Below, one piece after another: positions 1-13,849 of a stretch of DNA of 64,000 nt. Source of the DNA: Paraspadella gotoi. Taxonomy: Eukaryota; Animalia; Chaetognatha. Position 1 is the stretch's first letter, and each line of letters opens with the position of its first letter. The notes under the pieces are model-generated. The model did not search any database and was not told where the DNA came from. It saw only the letters and a program-made list of their open reading frames with translations. The stretch spans positions 4,181,398-4,245,397 of the forward strand of contig CM119271.1 in assembly GCA_051294375.1 (NCBI GenBank). Direction: 5' to 3'. Position numbers and translations under genes: made by a program.

Positions 1-1159
1 AGTAACGAGTTTGCGATTAGGAAAAGAATCGATGGAATAAAGTTGAAATAAAGTTTGGATGAATAAATATCGTTTTAGAGATTTATTAACGGGAAAGTCG
101 TAACATTGAAGACGCATTTTTAAAAAAAATTAAAACGTCAAGTTTTTTATATCGCCTCATAGAACGCCATTGCTTCACCCCAAGCCCCAGTGACTGTGAA
201 ACGCACTCTGTCCCAAAACCCTTACTCTCCCCCCGCTCAAATGAAACGAGTAAACGACCGCGCTTTCTGTGAAAACTGGTCCGACCATTTCACGCGGTCT
301 ATTTTAGAAAGTTGCGCGCGAGAGGGAGAGGGGCGTGAGAAAAATAGAGAGAGAGAGAGAGAGANNNNNNNNNNNNNNNNNNNNNNNNNNNNNNNNNNNN
401 NNNNNNNNNNNNNNNNNNNNNNNNNNNNNNNNNNNNNNNNNNNNNNNNNNNNNNNNNNNNNNNNNNNNNNNNNNNNNNNNNNNNNNNNNNNNNNNNNNNN
501 NNNNNNNNNNNNNNNNNNNNNNNNNNNNNNNNNNNNNNNNNNNNNNNNNNNNNNNNNNNNNNNNNNNNNNNNNNNNNNNNNNNNNNNNNNNNGAGAGAGA
601 GAGAAAACAACGACGACGACGACAACGACTAAAAACGGCGCCAGCGAAGAAATAAAAACTCGAAAATGAAATTCGTCTCTTAGAGAGAAAAAAAAAGTGT
701 GAAAAGCGCGTGACTCGTGACCATCCCAAATTGCTCCAGTTTTTTTTTCTTTTTCTTTTCTTTTTCTTTTCAAAGTTATGTTTACTCGAATGAAGAAGGC
801 GAGGGCTACTGAGTGAATGGCAAGGAATAGGAGTGAGAGAGAGAGAGAGAGATAATGTGAAAGAGTGACAAATATTTTAATCGACTGATTTATCTTCATT
901 TTTCTCTTTATTTCAATTTCAATACATTTTCAAGTTTCACAAATTCATTCTGTTCGCGCCTCTCACCCTTTTTCTTTTTCATCTCACGTCTCCAATCACT
1001 TTTTTTTGTGGCTTTTTTATAATTTTCAAGTTAGGTGCTTTTTTTTTCTTTTTCTTTCTTCTCTCTTCGCGCTATTCATTTCCGCTCCTCCGATTTCACG
1101 TCGAGAATTAAAAAAAAAAAAGAATCTCCGGGGAACGAAAGCGGCCTTTGGTCGGAAAC

Positions 1160-1285
1160 CACTTTTCGGGTCCTTTTGACCCTTTTTGACCCTTTTTGAC
1201 AACTCGACACTCTAAGGGTTTTTGCCATCAAAGAGTCTCTCTCTTCTCTTGACATTCGATCCTCGACCGAAACGACTCGACTCTT
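1160..1285. repeat. Short dispersed repeat, diverged copy of 5684-5815
   Basis: Shares ordered motifs ttttcg(g/a)gtc...tgacc(c/t)(t/c)ttttga...actc...cgactcgac with 5684-5815 (eye alignment). Confidence 0.35.
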
Positions 1286-1489
1286 TTCCTTCATTCGTTT
1301 TTGCCTTTTGTTTCTCGAATTATTTAAGAGACTCGAGAGATGGCGCTTTCAAGGAGAACTAAATTTTGAAACAGATGAACACTCCTGCAGCAATTTTTTT
1401 TTTCGTTTGAAAATCATCATTTACAGATAGGTTTCACCAAATGGAACAACGTTTATATTTTACGTATTTTTTGTTGTTTAATATTTCTC

Positions 1490-2045
1490 TTCTTCATTTC
1501 TCTCTCCCCATTTTCCGCTCTCCCTTTTCCTTCCCTCCTCCCTTCCTTTCTCTCCCTTTCCTCCTTTTTCTCGCTTCCTCCCATTTCTTCTTCCTTCCTC
1601 TCCCTTTCCTCCTTTTTCTCGCTTCCTCCCATTTCTTCTTCATTCCTCCCTTTTCTCGCTTCATCCCTTTCCTCTCCTTGTTTCCATTTTTCTCCCTTCC
1701 CTCCTCCATTTCTCCCTCTCCCTTTCCTCCTTTTTCTCGCTTCCTCCCCCTTCCTCTCCGTTTCCTGCCTTTTCTCGCTTCCTCCCCTTTCCTCTTCTTT
1801 CCTCCCTTTCCTCTCCTTTATTCCCTTTTGCTCCCTTCCCTCCTCCATTCCTCCCTCTCCCTTTCCTCCTTTTTCTCGCTTCCTCCCTTTCCTCTCCTTT
1901 TATCATTTTTTCCTTCTTCCTCCCTTCCCTCCTCCATTCCTCCCTCTTCCTTTCCTCCCTTTCCTCGCTTCCTACCCCTTTTCCTCCTCCATTCCCATCT
2001 CTCTCTTTCCTCGCTTCCTCCCCTTTTCTCTCCTTTCCTCCCTCC
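1490..2045. repeat. Polypyrimidine low-complexity minisatellite
   Basis: Almost pure C/T with the recurring unit tttctcgcttcctccc; the overlapping ORFs are F/L/P/S or K/R/E low-complexity. Confidence 0.85.
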
Positions 2046-2812
2046 AGAGAGGCGTCGCCTTTTAAGGGATTTTATGGTGCAGAGACGAAAATAACGAATG
2101 ATGGATTGCTGCTCTTGGCTTCGTCCTTCGGCTGACATCAATTATGGGTCGATATTCCGACCATTTTCTCTTTTTTTTTTTCTCTCTGCTTTGGTTTTTT
2201 TTTTTTTTCTTCTTTTTTTACATTTTTTTTAAGATTATCGTTTATTTTCGTTTTAACCCTAAATTTGTCTTGGAGACAATCTCAGTAAACGTTTGAGCCA
2301 GAGAACTAACTTATCTTCTCGATTGATCACGTGACTCCAAAAGTATGAAATATATGCGTAACAAACGTCCTAAGGCTGATCGCTTATTCGCAAATCAACC
2401 AAGTATTACACGAAATATCNNNNNNNNNNNNNNNNNNNNNNNNNNNNNNNNNNNNNNNNNNNNNNNNNNNNNNNNNNNNNNNNNNNNNNNNNNNNNNNNN
2501 NNNNNNNNNNNNNNNNNNNNNNNNNNNNNNNNNNNNNNNNNNNNNNNNAATCAACCAAGTATTACACGAAATATCCTGCATATACCCTAACACGTGACTG
2601 TAGTTCTGGTCGCGTCACTAATCAAGTATGAAACACGTGAGCGAAAATCATTTACCATGCGTACTAGTCGGACAACTTTTGACTATTGACTATTGACTAT
2701 TGACTCAGTATTTCACGAGTTTTTCCGCATCGAAATTTGTCAAAAGCCCCCAATGCCAATTGGTCGTCCAAGTCGATCCTCGCCATTGACCGAAAGTTTG
2801 CTTAGAAAAAAA

Positions 2813-3081
2813 AACAAGAACGGAAATTCAAATGTGTGTTGCGCCGAAGTGATTTTCTTAGCCCGTCTTTTATTCTTTATAGTTTTATGATTTCCTGACG
2901 GCGGCGCTAGCAGTCACTTAGATTTCAGGTGTTTTCCTGTCTTAACAAATGAGCAACCGACCATAGGCGAGTTATGAGCATTTAAGTAAGTACGACAGAC
3001 ATTTAAGTGCGACAGACCGACAGACAGAGATACCGACCGACCGACCGAAAAGTGTCTTATAAAGTTGCTCCGCGAGCACTC
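2813..3081 (-). mobile_element. Helentron-associated non-autonomous element (HINE/DINE-1-like), copy 1, 5' palindrome partly lost
   Basis: Reverse complement of the 3631-4054 family: aacaagaacgg...tgttgcgccg, cacttagatttcagg core, (GACC)n tract, gttgctccgcgagcactc. Confidence 0.8.
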
Positions 3082-3630
3082 TTGGCCTTGACCCTAAAAG
3101 AAACGACATTGACTAATGGCTGAGCTCCAAAACCGCAAAACAATTACCCAAACATCACCGCCTNNNNNNNNNNNNNNNNNNNNNNNNNNNNNNNNNNNNN
3201 NNNNNNNNNNNNNNNNNNNNNNNNNNNNNNNNNNNNNNNNNNNNNNNNNNNNNNNNNNNNNNNNNNNNNNNNNNNNNNNNNNNNNNNNNNNNNNNNNNNN
3301 NNNNNNNNNNNNNNNNNNNNNNNNNNNNNNNNNNNNNNNNNNNNNNNNNNNNNNNNNNNNNNNNNNNNNNNNNNNNNNNNNNNNNNNNNNNNNNNNNNNN
3401 NNNNNNNTTTTTTTTTGCGGTTTCTTTCATCGTTATTGCTTAACGTTGCTCTCTCTGTCTGTCTCTCTCCCTATCTTCTTTTTTTCTTTCCCTTTCTTAT
3501 CTCTTCAGAGTTTTCCTTCTGACTCCTCATCTTTTCTGGAGCAACGACATTCATGAATTCCCGACTTTCCGATCTCTCGTCTCATATCTCTGACTTTCTC
3601 TCTGTCCCTCTCTCTCTCTCTCTCTCTGTC

Positions 3631-4054
3631 TTTTTAGTTGCGCCGCGAGTACTCGCTCAGCAACTCTATAAGTCTATTTTCGGTCGGTCGGTTGGTCTGT
3701 TAGTCGGTGCATTGATCGGTTGATCCGTCAGTAGGTTGGTATCTCTCTCCGTTGGTCTGTCCCACTTACGTTAAAAATGCATATAGTTTGCTTGTTGTTG
3801 TTTACTAATTTGTTAAGACAGGAAAAAACCTCAAATCTAAGTGACTACTAGCGCCGCCTTCAGGAAATCCTAAAAGAAATAAAAGACATAATTCCGATGC
3901 AGTGCGTGTCATAAATACACAGGCTACGAAAGTTATTGTAGTCATGTAGTCATGTCATGTTGCGTCATGTTATGTCACATCATGTCATGTCACAAAAAAT
4001 ACACGTGATGAGGCAGTCACTGTGGCGCAACATATTTGAATTACCGTTCTTGTT
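3631..4054 (+). mobile_element. HINE/DINE-1-like element, copy 2 (near full length)
   Basis: T-run, then 5' palindrome AGTTGCGCCGCGAGTACTCGC..GCAACT, CTATAAG, (GGTC/TGTC)n, conserved core caaatctaagtgactactagcgccgcc, (CATGT)n, 3' subterminal inverted repeat GGCGCAAC and end ccgttcttgTT. Confidence 0.85.
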
Positions 4055-4125
4055 TTCTTTCTTTCTTTTTTTCGTTCTTTTTTCCTTTTTTTCTTTTTCT
4101 TTATTTCTTTCTTTTTTCTCTTTCT

Positions 4126-4166
<41 letters not shown>

Positions 4167-4459
4167 TCCCTTTTTTTATCTCTCCTCGTTTCTGTTTTCA
4201 GCTTTTCTCCGCCTCATACATTTTCTTTTTCTAACTTTTTTATTCTCTTTACCCTTTTTCTTTTCTCCCACGTTGCCATTTTGTTTTGGCCCTCTGTCCC
4301 CCTCTGTTACTTCTGCGGTTTCTTAGAAAAACAAAAGAACTCGTTTAAGAATAAGCTGACAATTTCTGCACAAGCAATAGTTCAAATAAGATCCCAATCA
4401 TCTGTCAATCTGATTGGTAATGCAAGCAATAAAGCAAAATATTGAGAATAAGCGTCATT

Positions 4460-4543
<84 letters not shown>

Positions 4544-4572
4544 TTTTTTACTTCCATCGTCTTTAAACTTAC

Positions 4573-4637
4573 TTTCGTGAAAGACCACCAAGGCTTCTTC
4601 AGATACCAGTAGGTACACAGCGCTGGTTGCGCCCAAC
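4573..4637 (-). CDS. Internal 65-nt exon of an unidentified protein, (G)WAQPALCTYWYLKKPWWSFTK
   Basis: Strong acceptor (catttttttttcag) and donor (gtaagt). Starts in phase 1, matching the phase-1 end of exon 7471-7570, which gives the open join PYE-G-WAQPAL. Confidence 0.7.
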
Positions 4638-4805
4638 CTGAAAAAAAAATGAAACAAAAAAGAAAATATATATAGTAATTTTAATAAGATATAGATGAAT
4701 TATAATTTTTAAAATTACATAGACCCTCTTGAATGTTGTTCTTTAATCTTTTCACTTCCATGTATCTAAATTTTTCTTTGCCTTAAGAATTTCGAAGTGA
4801 CTTTA

Positions 4806-4930
4806 TTATCAAAACAGAATGGATCAAAATTTATCAAAATTATCAATATTTATCAATATTATCAAAACAGAATGGATCAAAATTTATCAAAATTATCAAT
4901 ATTTATCAATATTATCAAAACAGAATGGAT
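4806..4930. repeat. 53-bp tandem repeat, about 2.3 copies
   Basis: atcaaaacagaatggat starts at 4808, 4861 and 4914 with identical sequence between. Confidence 0.9.
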
Positions 4931-5509
4931 ATAAATTTCTCATTTTCAAAGGACATTCTCGTCTCAGGTGAAAAACTTAACTAAAAAGTCTAGACTCACA
5001 AAAAAAAAAAAAAAATTTACAGTCGCCTTCTTCGTTTTCGTCGCGAAAAAAAAAATAAAATTAGGAAAGAAGGAAAAAAAAAGCTTTGAATTCGTCAAAG
5101 GATATCTGCATTCCTTTACTACGTTAACGAGGTTAGACGGAGTCAGGAATCGCTCGTCGTCGTCGTCGTCGTCGTCATCGTCACCTCAACCCCGGCCTCT
5201 AATCCCTTATAAGGCAGAGACGTTCCCCTCGACCTTTTTCGTTGCGACTTCTGCAATTTATTGACTCCTCGTCGCCAGTTGCCTTTTTACATCTTCTCGC
5301 TCTCTCTCTCCCCCCCTCTCTCTCTCTCTCTCTCTCTATCCGTCTTCGCCACTCGCTCTCTCACTGTTTTCCGTTTTCATCGATCGTCTATATCATTTTC
5401 TCTCCCCCTTTTTTCACATTCTCTCTTTTAAATCTTTAATTAATTTCATCTCCTCTCGCTCATTTCTCAGTCCTTAACTTCATACGTCCCCTTAGGCCTC
5501 TTTTTTCGT

Positions 5510-5628
<119 letters not shown>

Positions 5629-5830
5629 CCTCCCTCTCTCCCTCCCTTTCCCCCTCTCTCCTCTCGTAACTTATCCAATTCAGTTTTCGAGTCGCGAAAT
5701 CTGACCTCGAGGCGATGACCTCTTTTGAACTCACCTCGCCTTCCGCCTTACCTTTTCCCTTCTCGTCTAACATCTCGATTTCGCGTCGAATCGATCTTAG
5801 TGATTCGACTCGACGACTCACCCTGAATAT

Positions 5831-6180
5831 TTTAAAGCGCCTTATTTCCCCAAAACGCGCCGTTTCGTCTTAAATTCAGAATTCAATTAAATTTTAGGTT
5901 TTAAAAATTATGTTACTGGACGGAATAGGTTAAGAATTAGGGTTAAGAATAAGGGGTTTAGCTTTAGGGTTAGAAACTTAGTTTGTATCCAACATAGGGC
6001 TTGGAGTTAGGGGTAAAGATTAAGAAAAAGAGCTTGAGGTTAGAGTTAAAGATTAAATTAGGGTTGGGAAATGGGTCTTAAGATAAAAAGGATTAGGGTT
6101 AAATATTAAGGTTAAAATTAAGTTCAGGGATTTAGGAACAGAAAAGGGGCGCTTTTGGTAAAAAAGGAGCCATTTTAAAG
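5831..6180 (+). mobile_element. MITE-like element with degenerate (TTAGGG)-like core
   Basis: Imperfect terminal inverted repeats tttaaagcgccttatttccccaaaacgcgccgtttc / gaaaaggggcgcttttggtaaaaaaggagccattttaaa flank a 6-bp periodic ttaggg/ttaaga tract; related copies at 10557-10757 and 13850-14020. Confidence 0.55.
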
Positions 6181-6709
6181 GGCAGAATCACAGAATGATC
6201 AACCTTATTTTACAACCGCACCTATTTTCCATCTTTCGTTAGTTCTCGTATTTTTTTATTTTCTCTTCTTTTTTTCTTTCCTTTTTTCTTTTACTTTCTT
6301 TCTTTTCTCCTTCCACCATCTTTAAATTTTTCTCTTCTTCCTCCCTCCCCTTTTAATTCCCTCAATACTATCCCTTCCTCTTCTCTGAAGTCCTTCCTTT
6401 ACTCCTTCCCTTCCTTTCTTCCTTTCTTCCCTCTACCTTTTAATTTTTTTTCTTCTTTTCTTCTCTCTCTTCTCCCTTCCTTTCCTACTTCCTTTCCCTT
6501 CCTCCTTTCTTCCTCTCTCCCATCTTCCCTCCTCCTTTTTTTACTTACCTACTCCCTCTCTCCCTTCCTCCTTTCTTCCTCTCTCCCATCTTCCCTCCTC
6601 CCTTTTTTACTTCCCTACTCCCTCTCTCTCTTCCTCCTCTGGTCAAATCAACCGCTAGAGAAAATGCACGAAACGATGAAGCGAATCCGAGGAGGAAACT
6701 GACATCTGA

Positions 6710-6852
6710 GTCGACGATGGCATCTAAGCCAATGATGACATCCAAGCCGATGATGACATCCAAGCCGACGATGGCATTTAAGCCAACGATGGAGTCCAAG
6801 CCGACAATGGCATGTAAGCCGACGAAGGCATCCTAGCTGACGAGGGCATTGC
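6710..6852. repeat. 18-bp tandem repeat, about 8 units, consensus GCCGAYGATGRCATCCAA
   Basis: Units can be read directly; the array is followed by a long (GAC)n tract at ~6896-6981. Confidence 0.9.
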
Positions 6853-6894
6853 GCTTTCATAACTGCATCGGAGTGGATCACCGAAAATCTCAAC

Positions 6895-6981
<87 letters not shown>

Positions 6982-7470
6982 ATCACAGTTAATTTTCGGC
7001 GTCGTTATCTTTTCTGCATCGTTGGCCGGGGACGACTGATCGGGATAGACGACGAAGATGACGACGACGACGACGACGATGAAGTAAATAAAAAGAAAAT
7101 GAAGAAGAGAAAAAAAGATAACGATGACGGCGTTGAAGACGAGGAAGCCAAGCGTTGTTATTTTGTAGACGAATTTATGACTATGAACTATGAAGTGCGT
7201 TAAACTAAACAATTAAACAATTAACTTTTAAAAGAATCGTCGACTTGAACGCGCCTATAATATAATGAATGATAATGTAAATTGTAATAAATGCGACAAT
7301 AAAAAGATGACTTACGAAGATCTATTTCGATAACAAAAATTAAAAAATGAGAAAAAGCGGAGTAAACACGACAAGGACAACAACGACAACAACGACAACA
7401 CGGAAAAACCTTTCCCCCTTCCCTCCCCCAGCGAAACGTAAACAAAGGAACAAACTTATCTTTAACTTAC

Positions 7471-7570
7471 CCTCGTAGGGGAAGAGAAGGATTTTGGAGG
7501 GATACCCGACGTGGTCGAGGATCTTCTTGCAGCTCGTCCCTCGGTTCTCGTAATACCACAACTGTACCAT
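7471..7570 (-). CDS. Exon (5' boundary uncertain) of the same unidentified protein, MVQLWYYENRGTSCKKILDHVGYPSKILLFPYE(G)
   Basis: High-complexity peptide ending in GAG G|gtaagt at 7470. May extend upstream through the CT tract to a ctttccag acceptor near 7990, but no single frame stays open there. Confidence 0.7.
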
Positions 7571-9071
7571 TTCTTCGGCAGTACGGAGAGAGAAAGGAAA
7601 GAGAATGAGAGAGAGAGGGAGAGGAAGAGGAGGGCGAGAGGAGAGTAGAAGGAGAGAAGAGAGTGCGAGAGAGAGGAAGAGGAGAGAGAGAGAGAGATGG
7701 GAGGAGAGGGGGAGGAGTGGGGGAGAGAAGGAGAGAGGAGAGAGAGAGAGTCGTAAACTGGTTTTACTCTAGTCCCGTTTTGTTTATCAGTCCGGGGGGA
7801 GGGGAGAAAAGGGAGAGGGGAGAAATGGGTGGGAATGTCCGCAGGAATTTAGGTAAGTAACGGGGTAAGTTTTGGGTCGAGTCTCTTTCGTTTTGGCCGA
7901 AGGTGAGGTTGAGATATTTGTCGTCGTTGTTATTATCTTCGATGATGAAGAGATGTTGGGGCGAATCCACGTCGGGGAATTATTTTTTCTGGAAAGAAAA
8001 AAGGAAAGAATAGGAAACTTTAATTTTAATGTAGAATTACATGAAAACTTTATGCCATGATAAGTTAACCTAAGAAAATGTCATTCGAAATACAAAGCGT
8101 AATGATTTATGTTAGGGCAGTGGGACACCATTAATCATAAAACTGCCAGAAAAGGAATTATGGAATTATGGGGGAGAGAATAGAGAGAAGAGAGAGAGAG
8201 AGAGAGAAGAGAGAGAGAAGAGAGAAGAGAGAGAGAGAGAGGAGAGGAGAGGAGAGAGAGAGTGAGGAAGGAGAGGAGAGAGGGGTGGAGGGTTTGAATT
8301 CTTAATGGAAAATGGAAGAATCTGTGAAAAGACGTGGGAGAGAGAGAGAGAGAGACGAGAGTAGAGAAAGAGTGAATGAGAGAAGAGAGAGAGAGAGGAG
8401 ATCAGAGAGAGAGAGAGACATAGAGAACGAGGAGAGAGAGGAGAGAGAGAGAGAGAGAAAGAGAGAGAAGTAAAAAAAGAACCGTTTAGTTGATTTTTAA
8501 TCCAGCTTAGAATTAACTTTTTAATCGATATTTATTTGGACAATTCTCATTCTGACATCAAAATTTAAATCTCAGCCAACTTTCTGAAATTTCCGATCGA
8601 CTTTAATTCTACTGAGATTGGTGATCAATGTCATCCAGACAAGGAGAGGTTGACACTTGGCACTTGGCAGGATGGACGGAAGAAATGAACCAGGTGAGTG
8701 AAGAAGCGACATAAACTGGGCGAAGTAAACAAGTGGGAACTACGGAAGGGACAAAGCGGGATTGAAAATCTGGGAAAACAAAGATCGAGAGCTTACCCTA
8801 TACTGAAGCGTTCTTTGGAAATACAAATCTGAGCTAAAGATAAAAAGTTTAAAGAGAAATTATTTTTGTTTTCGAATTGATTAATTAGGAATACAGTCGC
8901 TCGACGCGTTTGTTATCGCTACGAGATTAAAGATGGAAAAATGAAATACAAAAACTTTTTTTTTTCAAATATGGAATCGGAATCGGTTTGTGCTGGGGGG
9001 GGGGAAGATGAAAAGAGGAAACAAAAGGCGGTTGGGGGAAAGGCGAAAGAACAAATTAAAGAGAGAACGAG

Positions 9072-9157
<86 letters not shown>

Positions 9158-10556
9158 CGAGCAAGAGAAAAATAAATGAATAAGAGAAAAAAAATAAGAT
9201 AGTAAGAAGAAAGAAAGAAACTAAAAAGAAAAAAGAAAGAAAGAAATAAAACAAAGAAAAAAAGAAGGGACGAAAAAACGTATTACAGAATGGAAGAAAT
9301 AATGAAGAGAGAAAGAATGAAGCCAAAAAAAAAAAAATATTTGAGAAATGGAAAGAAAAATGTGATGATAATTGTGAAGGGAGAACAAGAGAAGAGGAAG
9401 AGGAAGATGAGGAGGAAGAGGAGGAGGAAGTGAAATAAGAAGAGGAAAAGGCGGGAAAATTCAAGAGAAGAATCGATGAAAAAAAATTTAGATTCGTTTT
9501 TTATTTAAATTTATATTATTAATTTTTTTTTACGTCATTATAGAATCCAAAATCACATCGGTCCCGGAATTATTTTTTTCTACAATCGCCGAATGTCTTC
9601 TCAATTAATAAACGATTGTCCATTTGAAAATGATTCATTTTTGATTAATTTCCTTCACCGGACGAATCGTTAAGAGTCAGAACCTCGCGAGCGGAATTTT
9701 AACCAGAAAGTATATTGTATGAATAAATGTATAGTAAGGACGATCTTAAACTTTTTTTTACATTGTGATTGGATTGACAAAGACATCACACGATGTTCTT
9801 TGTGGAATCTCTCGATTTTTAGAGAGCGCAGAAATAGTTTATATTGCAACGTTAAACTTGCGGCATTACAATTTTTAAGTTATATTTATTACAAAACAAT
9901 ATATCATATCGCATTTTATTTGCTTAACTTACTGAAATATGCAAATTGATTTCGATTTTTTTTTTTCAAGGAAACTTCGCTAATTTTTGCTATTACCTTT
10001 TTTAACGGACTTGCTAAAGAAGAATATAGTATAAACTATATTAACTATATTAACTAAGATATCAATAGCCTTTTATGATAATCAAAACTAAAGTTTGTGT
10101 ATTGTTTATGGTTAAAGGTTTTCCCCCATCTTCTAGAAATTCTTAGTTTTTTTCTTGACTTTTCATTTTTCACTCATTTGAGTAGAGAATGGAATTCGTC
10201 ATCGAACCGAAAAAACTAGATGTTTTTTTCTCGAAGGGGTGGTGTTGGTAAAACAAGAAAAGGAAAGAAAAAAGAAAAGAGAAATAAAGAAAAAATATAA
10301 AGACATAAAAAGAAATAAAGAAAGACACAGAGAAACCAAAAGTAAGAAAGAAAAAGAAAAAGCAAGAAGGAAAGTGCAAATCAACATGTCATATATCTCG
10401 TATATAAAACGAAAAACAAACAAACGAAACGAAACGAAATCTCCGACAAGTGGCGAACCGATCCCGCCCCTTTGTCATCACGACATTCGTCGTCATTCCA
10501 TTCCTTCACCTCCAAATACATTTCCCTCCATTTTCCAAGATCTTTTTTTCCAAAGC

Positions 10557-10757
10557 AACCCCGTTTCGGTTTCTCAATTCCGAAATATAATTTCGATCTT
10601 ATTCTAATCTATAACCAAACGGATAACTCAATCCCTAATCTCAATTCCTAATCTTCATCCCTCACTGTAACCTAATCTTTAACCTTTAAACCTAAAAACT
10701 AATTTGATTTTAAATTTCAGATAAAATGGGGCGTTAAGGGAAAATAAGGCCGTTTTT
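10557..10757 (-). mobile_element. Second copy of the TTAGGG-core MITE-like family
   Basis: (CCCTAA)-like tract; the reverse complement of its end (ccttattttcccttaacgccccattttatctgaaattt) aligns with 5840-5880. Confidence 0.55.
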
Positions 10758-11017
10758 CGGTTTCCGCATTCTTATTCCTCCTCTTTCCTCCTCTTCGCTG
10801 TCCCCCCCTCGGACCCCCCCCCACGGGCGAGGACGCGAAATCTTTTATGGGTTCCAGTCTCTCTAGGATTTTTCCGCCCATATTTCATGGGGCCCATCTC
10901 TTGAACCGAGAAAAGGAGAGAGAGAGAGATAGAGACAGAGAGAAAAAAAAATCAAAGAGAAGAAATCCCATGACAACGTAGAGTCCCCTTCATTTCCATT
11001 TCCTTTTTAAATTCGAC

Positions 11018-11076
<59 letters not shown>

Positions 11077-11547
11077 ATGGCAGAATTTATTTTCTCCTCA
11101 TAATTCCTCTCTTCCCTCATTTCTTCCTACTTTCCGCCTCATGATTTAAATCGTCACCACGGAAGTCGACGCTGTTAAATGCCCGGAAAAGAGAGAGAGG
11201 GAGCAAGAGGCAAGGCATGGCGCAGCCGGCGCCGAAAAGAGACATGACGCCCGTTTGACATGGCGCGTGTCTAGACGAATTGTACATTCGACAAAGTGCC
11301 TCGCATCGCCGTGTCCGCAGGAGAGCTCGTGCTCGTTTAATCGTCGTGAAAGCGTCTCACAATCTCGCGACTGCCCGAACGATTTAGTTTGTGAAAATTT
11401 AACATGTGAAATGATGTCACGAACGCTAACTTAGTTTACTTCAACTCTGGTTTTTATATTTTTAGTCATTTCTTTATTAACGAGAGGGGGGGAAAAATTT
11501 AACATAACAAAAAGTTTTTTCCCGTTTTTTTTTCTTACGTTATCTCT

Positions 11548-11619
<72 letters not shown>

Positions 11620-12155
11620 ATTTCTGTCTCTCTCTCTCTCTCCACCCTCTATCTCTCCCCACCTCTCTCTCTTTCTTTCTCTCTTCTGTCTCTCTCTCTT
11701 CTCTACCAGAATAATGCGATCAGTGCAAAGTTTTGGACAATGAAAATCATAGATTAAATTTCTGCAAGAAATGGAAACACATGAACTACCTACATAAAGA
11801 TGATAAAGCCCTTTTGAAAATGACAGAGAAATATTACTATCAATCATTAAAAAAATAACATATGTTTGGAACATAAAAACTGGCAAGGGTGCCATGCTAA
11901 CTTAGTAATTTAACTTATTTTCATATTTGTATATGACGTAGACATAAATTCCCTTTGTAAGTACAATTCCCTTTGTAAATTTAAGTATCGCTCTGTAACA
12001 TATTTTATTGTTAATGTGTTAACTGTCACATTTTGTAGAATTATAAATCAAATCAGAAAATCAAATCTCTGCCAAGCCACCTCTCACATAGACTCAATTC
12101 TCTCTAGAAATCCTTTTCTATTTTTACGAGAGAATCTCTTGTTTTGATTGCGCTC

Positions 12156-12269
<114 letters not shown>

Positions 12270-12869
12270 CCTCTCAGTCCCGTCTCATCAAAAACAGACT
12301 AAGTAGGATTTTTCTCATAATCCTTCTCTCTTCTCTCAACTAGTTTTTTTTCATTTTCGTTCTTTAATAATTATGGGTTTTTTATAGTTTTAGTCCCCTT
12401 TTCTCGTTCTGTATCTCTGTCTCTCTCTCTCTCTCTCTGTTTTTCTCTCTCTCTCTCACTCTCTCTGTCTCGCGGAAACAAGGAGTGGGATTATGGTAAA
12501 AAAAAAAATTTTAATTGCTTCCGTCGTTAACCGCTAGAGCTCGCGGCGTTGTTGACGTTTCCGTTCCAGTTGTTGTTTTGCCAGGTTTTATTTTAAAATT
12601 ATCGTTGGTTGTGTTAACTCCTTTTATTGTTCAGCAAAGAAATCAAACAATAAAAAACATTTGCGGTATGTTGCTTCTAAAATTCTCGTTCGACTATAGT
12701 TTATAGTTTTAGGCTTGTTTAGGGTTTAATATGGAGCTTTAATAAATAAGCAATATTTGCGTTAAAAGCAACTAAAATTCAGTGTCAACATTTGAGTTTG
12801 AGTATGTCTGTCATGAAAATGATATTTGAATCTAATATATTTAGCTTTCTCTTCTCACCATTCTCTCTC

Positions 12870-13008
<139 letters not shown>

Positions 13009-13143
13009 CGCATGCGCAGGACAAATTCGATATCGCTATCTTATCACTTTTGACCCAAATTCCGAGTTGAAGTTTTTTTTTCTTCTGAGCAAAAAGAAGA
13101 AAAAATAAGAGCAAAAGCTAAAAGGGCGACGTTTCCTGACAGC

Positions 13144-13175
<32 letters not shown>

Positions 13176-13374
13176 AAGTAAAAGGACCTTCTTCCCCTCA
13201 TGGTGTATCATCGACAGCGCAAGATTCATTTCCTCCTTCCAAAGTGGCACCACCGCCATGGCGTCGCTATCTTCAATCGGCGGGATCTCCGCTCTCCTTT
13301 TTTAACAATAAAAAAGGGGCTAAAAGAAGCCACCCTATTCCACCCGAGCCACTTTCGACACCACCGCCCGATCG

Positions 13375-13420
13375 AGTTTTCTCGGCCCTAAAGGTCGCGG
13401 GTTCAATCCCTCGCTGGCGG
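13375..13420 (+). repeat. tRNA-like B-box fragment (possible SINE head relic)
   Basis: aaggtcgcgGGTTCAATCCCtcg matches T-arm/B-box context, but no cloverleaf can be built. Confidence 0.35.
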
Positions 13421-13849
13421 AGATATACTTTTTGATGAAAGTTAGGGCGGGAGTGAAGTGACTGCGTAAGGTCTTGATGTTGATACCAGGTCACCTCAGC
13501 CACCACCGCCGCCGCCACCGCCGCCACCGCCGCCACCGCCGCCACCACCGCCACCGCCACCACCGCCGCCACCGCCGCCTCCTGCCTCCATATTTGGCGG
13601 ATGACAAGAGGAACACGTGACGTCAACGAAATTAGTTTTGAGGGAAAACCGCTGGGGGGCGGGGGAGGGGGGACGCGGGGATGTGGAAGGGAGTCTGACG
13701 GAGGGAAGGGGTGTGGAAGGGGTTGGGATGACATCGAACGGCGGGGCGGAAAAGAAAGGTAAGGGGAGGAAAGTAAGGAAGAAAGGAGAAGGAAAGGAGA
13801 AGAAAGGAGTTAGTTAAAGTGGAAGTGAGTAACTGACGGCCGTATATAT

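Noticed and set aside
2393-2575. 27-bp direct repeat flanking an N gap, as a possible TSD or array
   Set aside because: It is more simply explained as overlapping contig ends left unmerged by scaffolding.
5752-5823. Extra minus-strand exon (VSRRVESLRSIRREIEMLDEK) within the orphan gene
   Set aside because: Splicing it after the phase-1 donor at 7470 gives an immediate TGA, and the segment resembles the repeat at 1160-1285.
5930-6140. True telomere or chromosome-fusion scar
   Set aside because: The repeats are short, very degenerate and bounded by element-like ends that recur at other loci.
6710-6852. CRISPR-like array (also 4806-4930 and 29433-29511)
   Set aside because: The units are contiguous with no unique spacers, the context is eukaryotic and there are no cas genes.
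13273-13734. 153-aa Ala/Val/Pro-rich ORF
   Set aside because: It is driven by a (GCCACC/GCC)n repeat and G-runs, with no convincing splice sites or domain.
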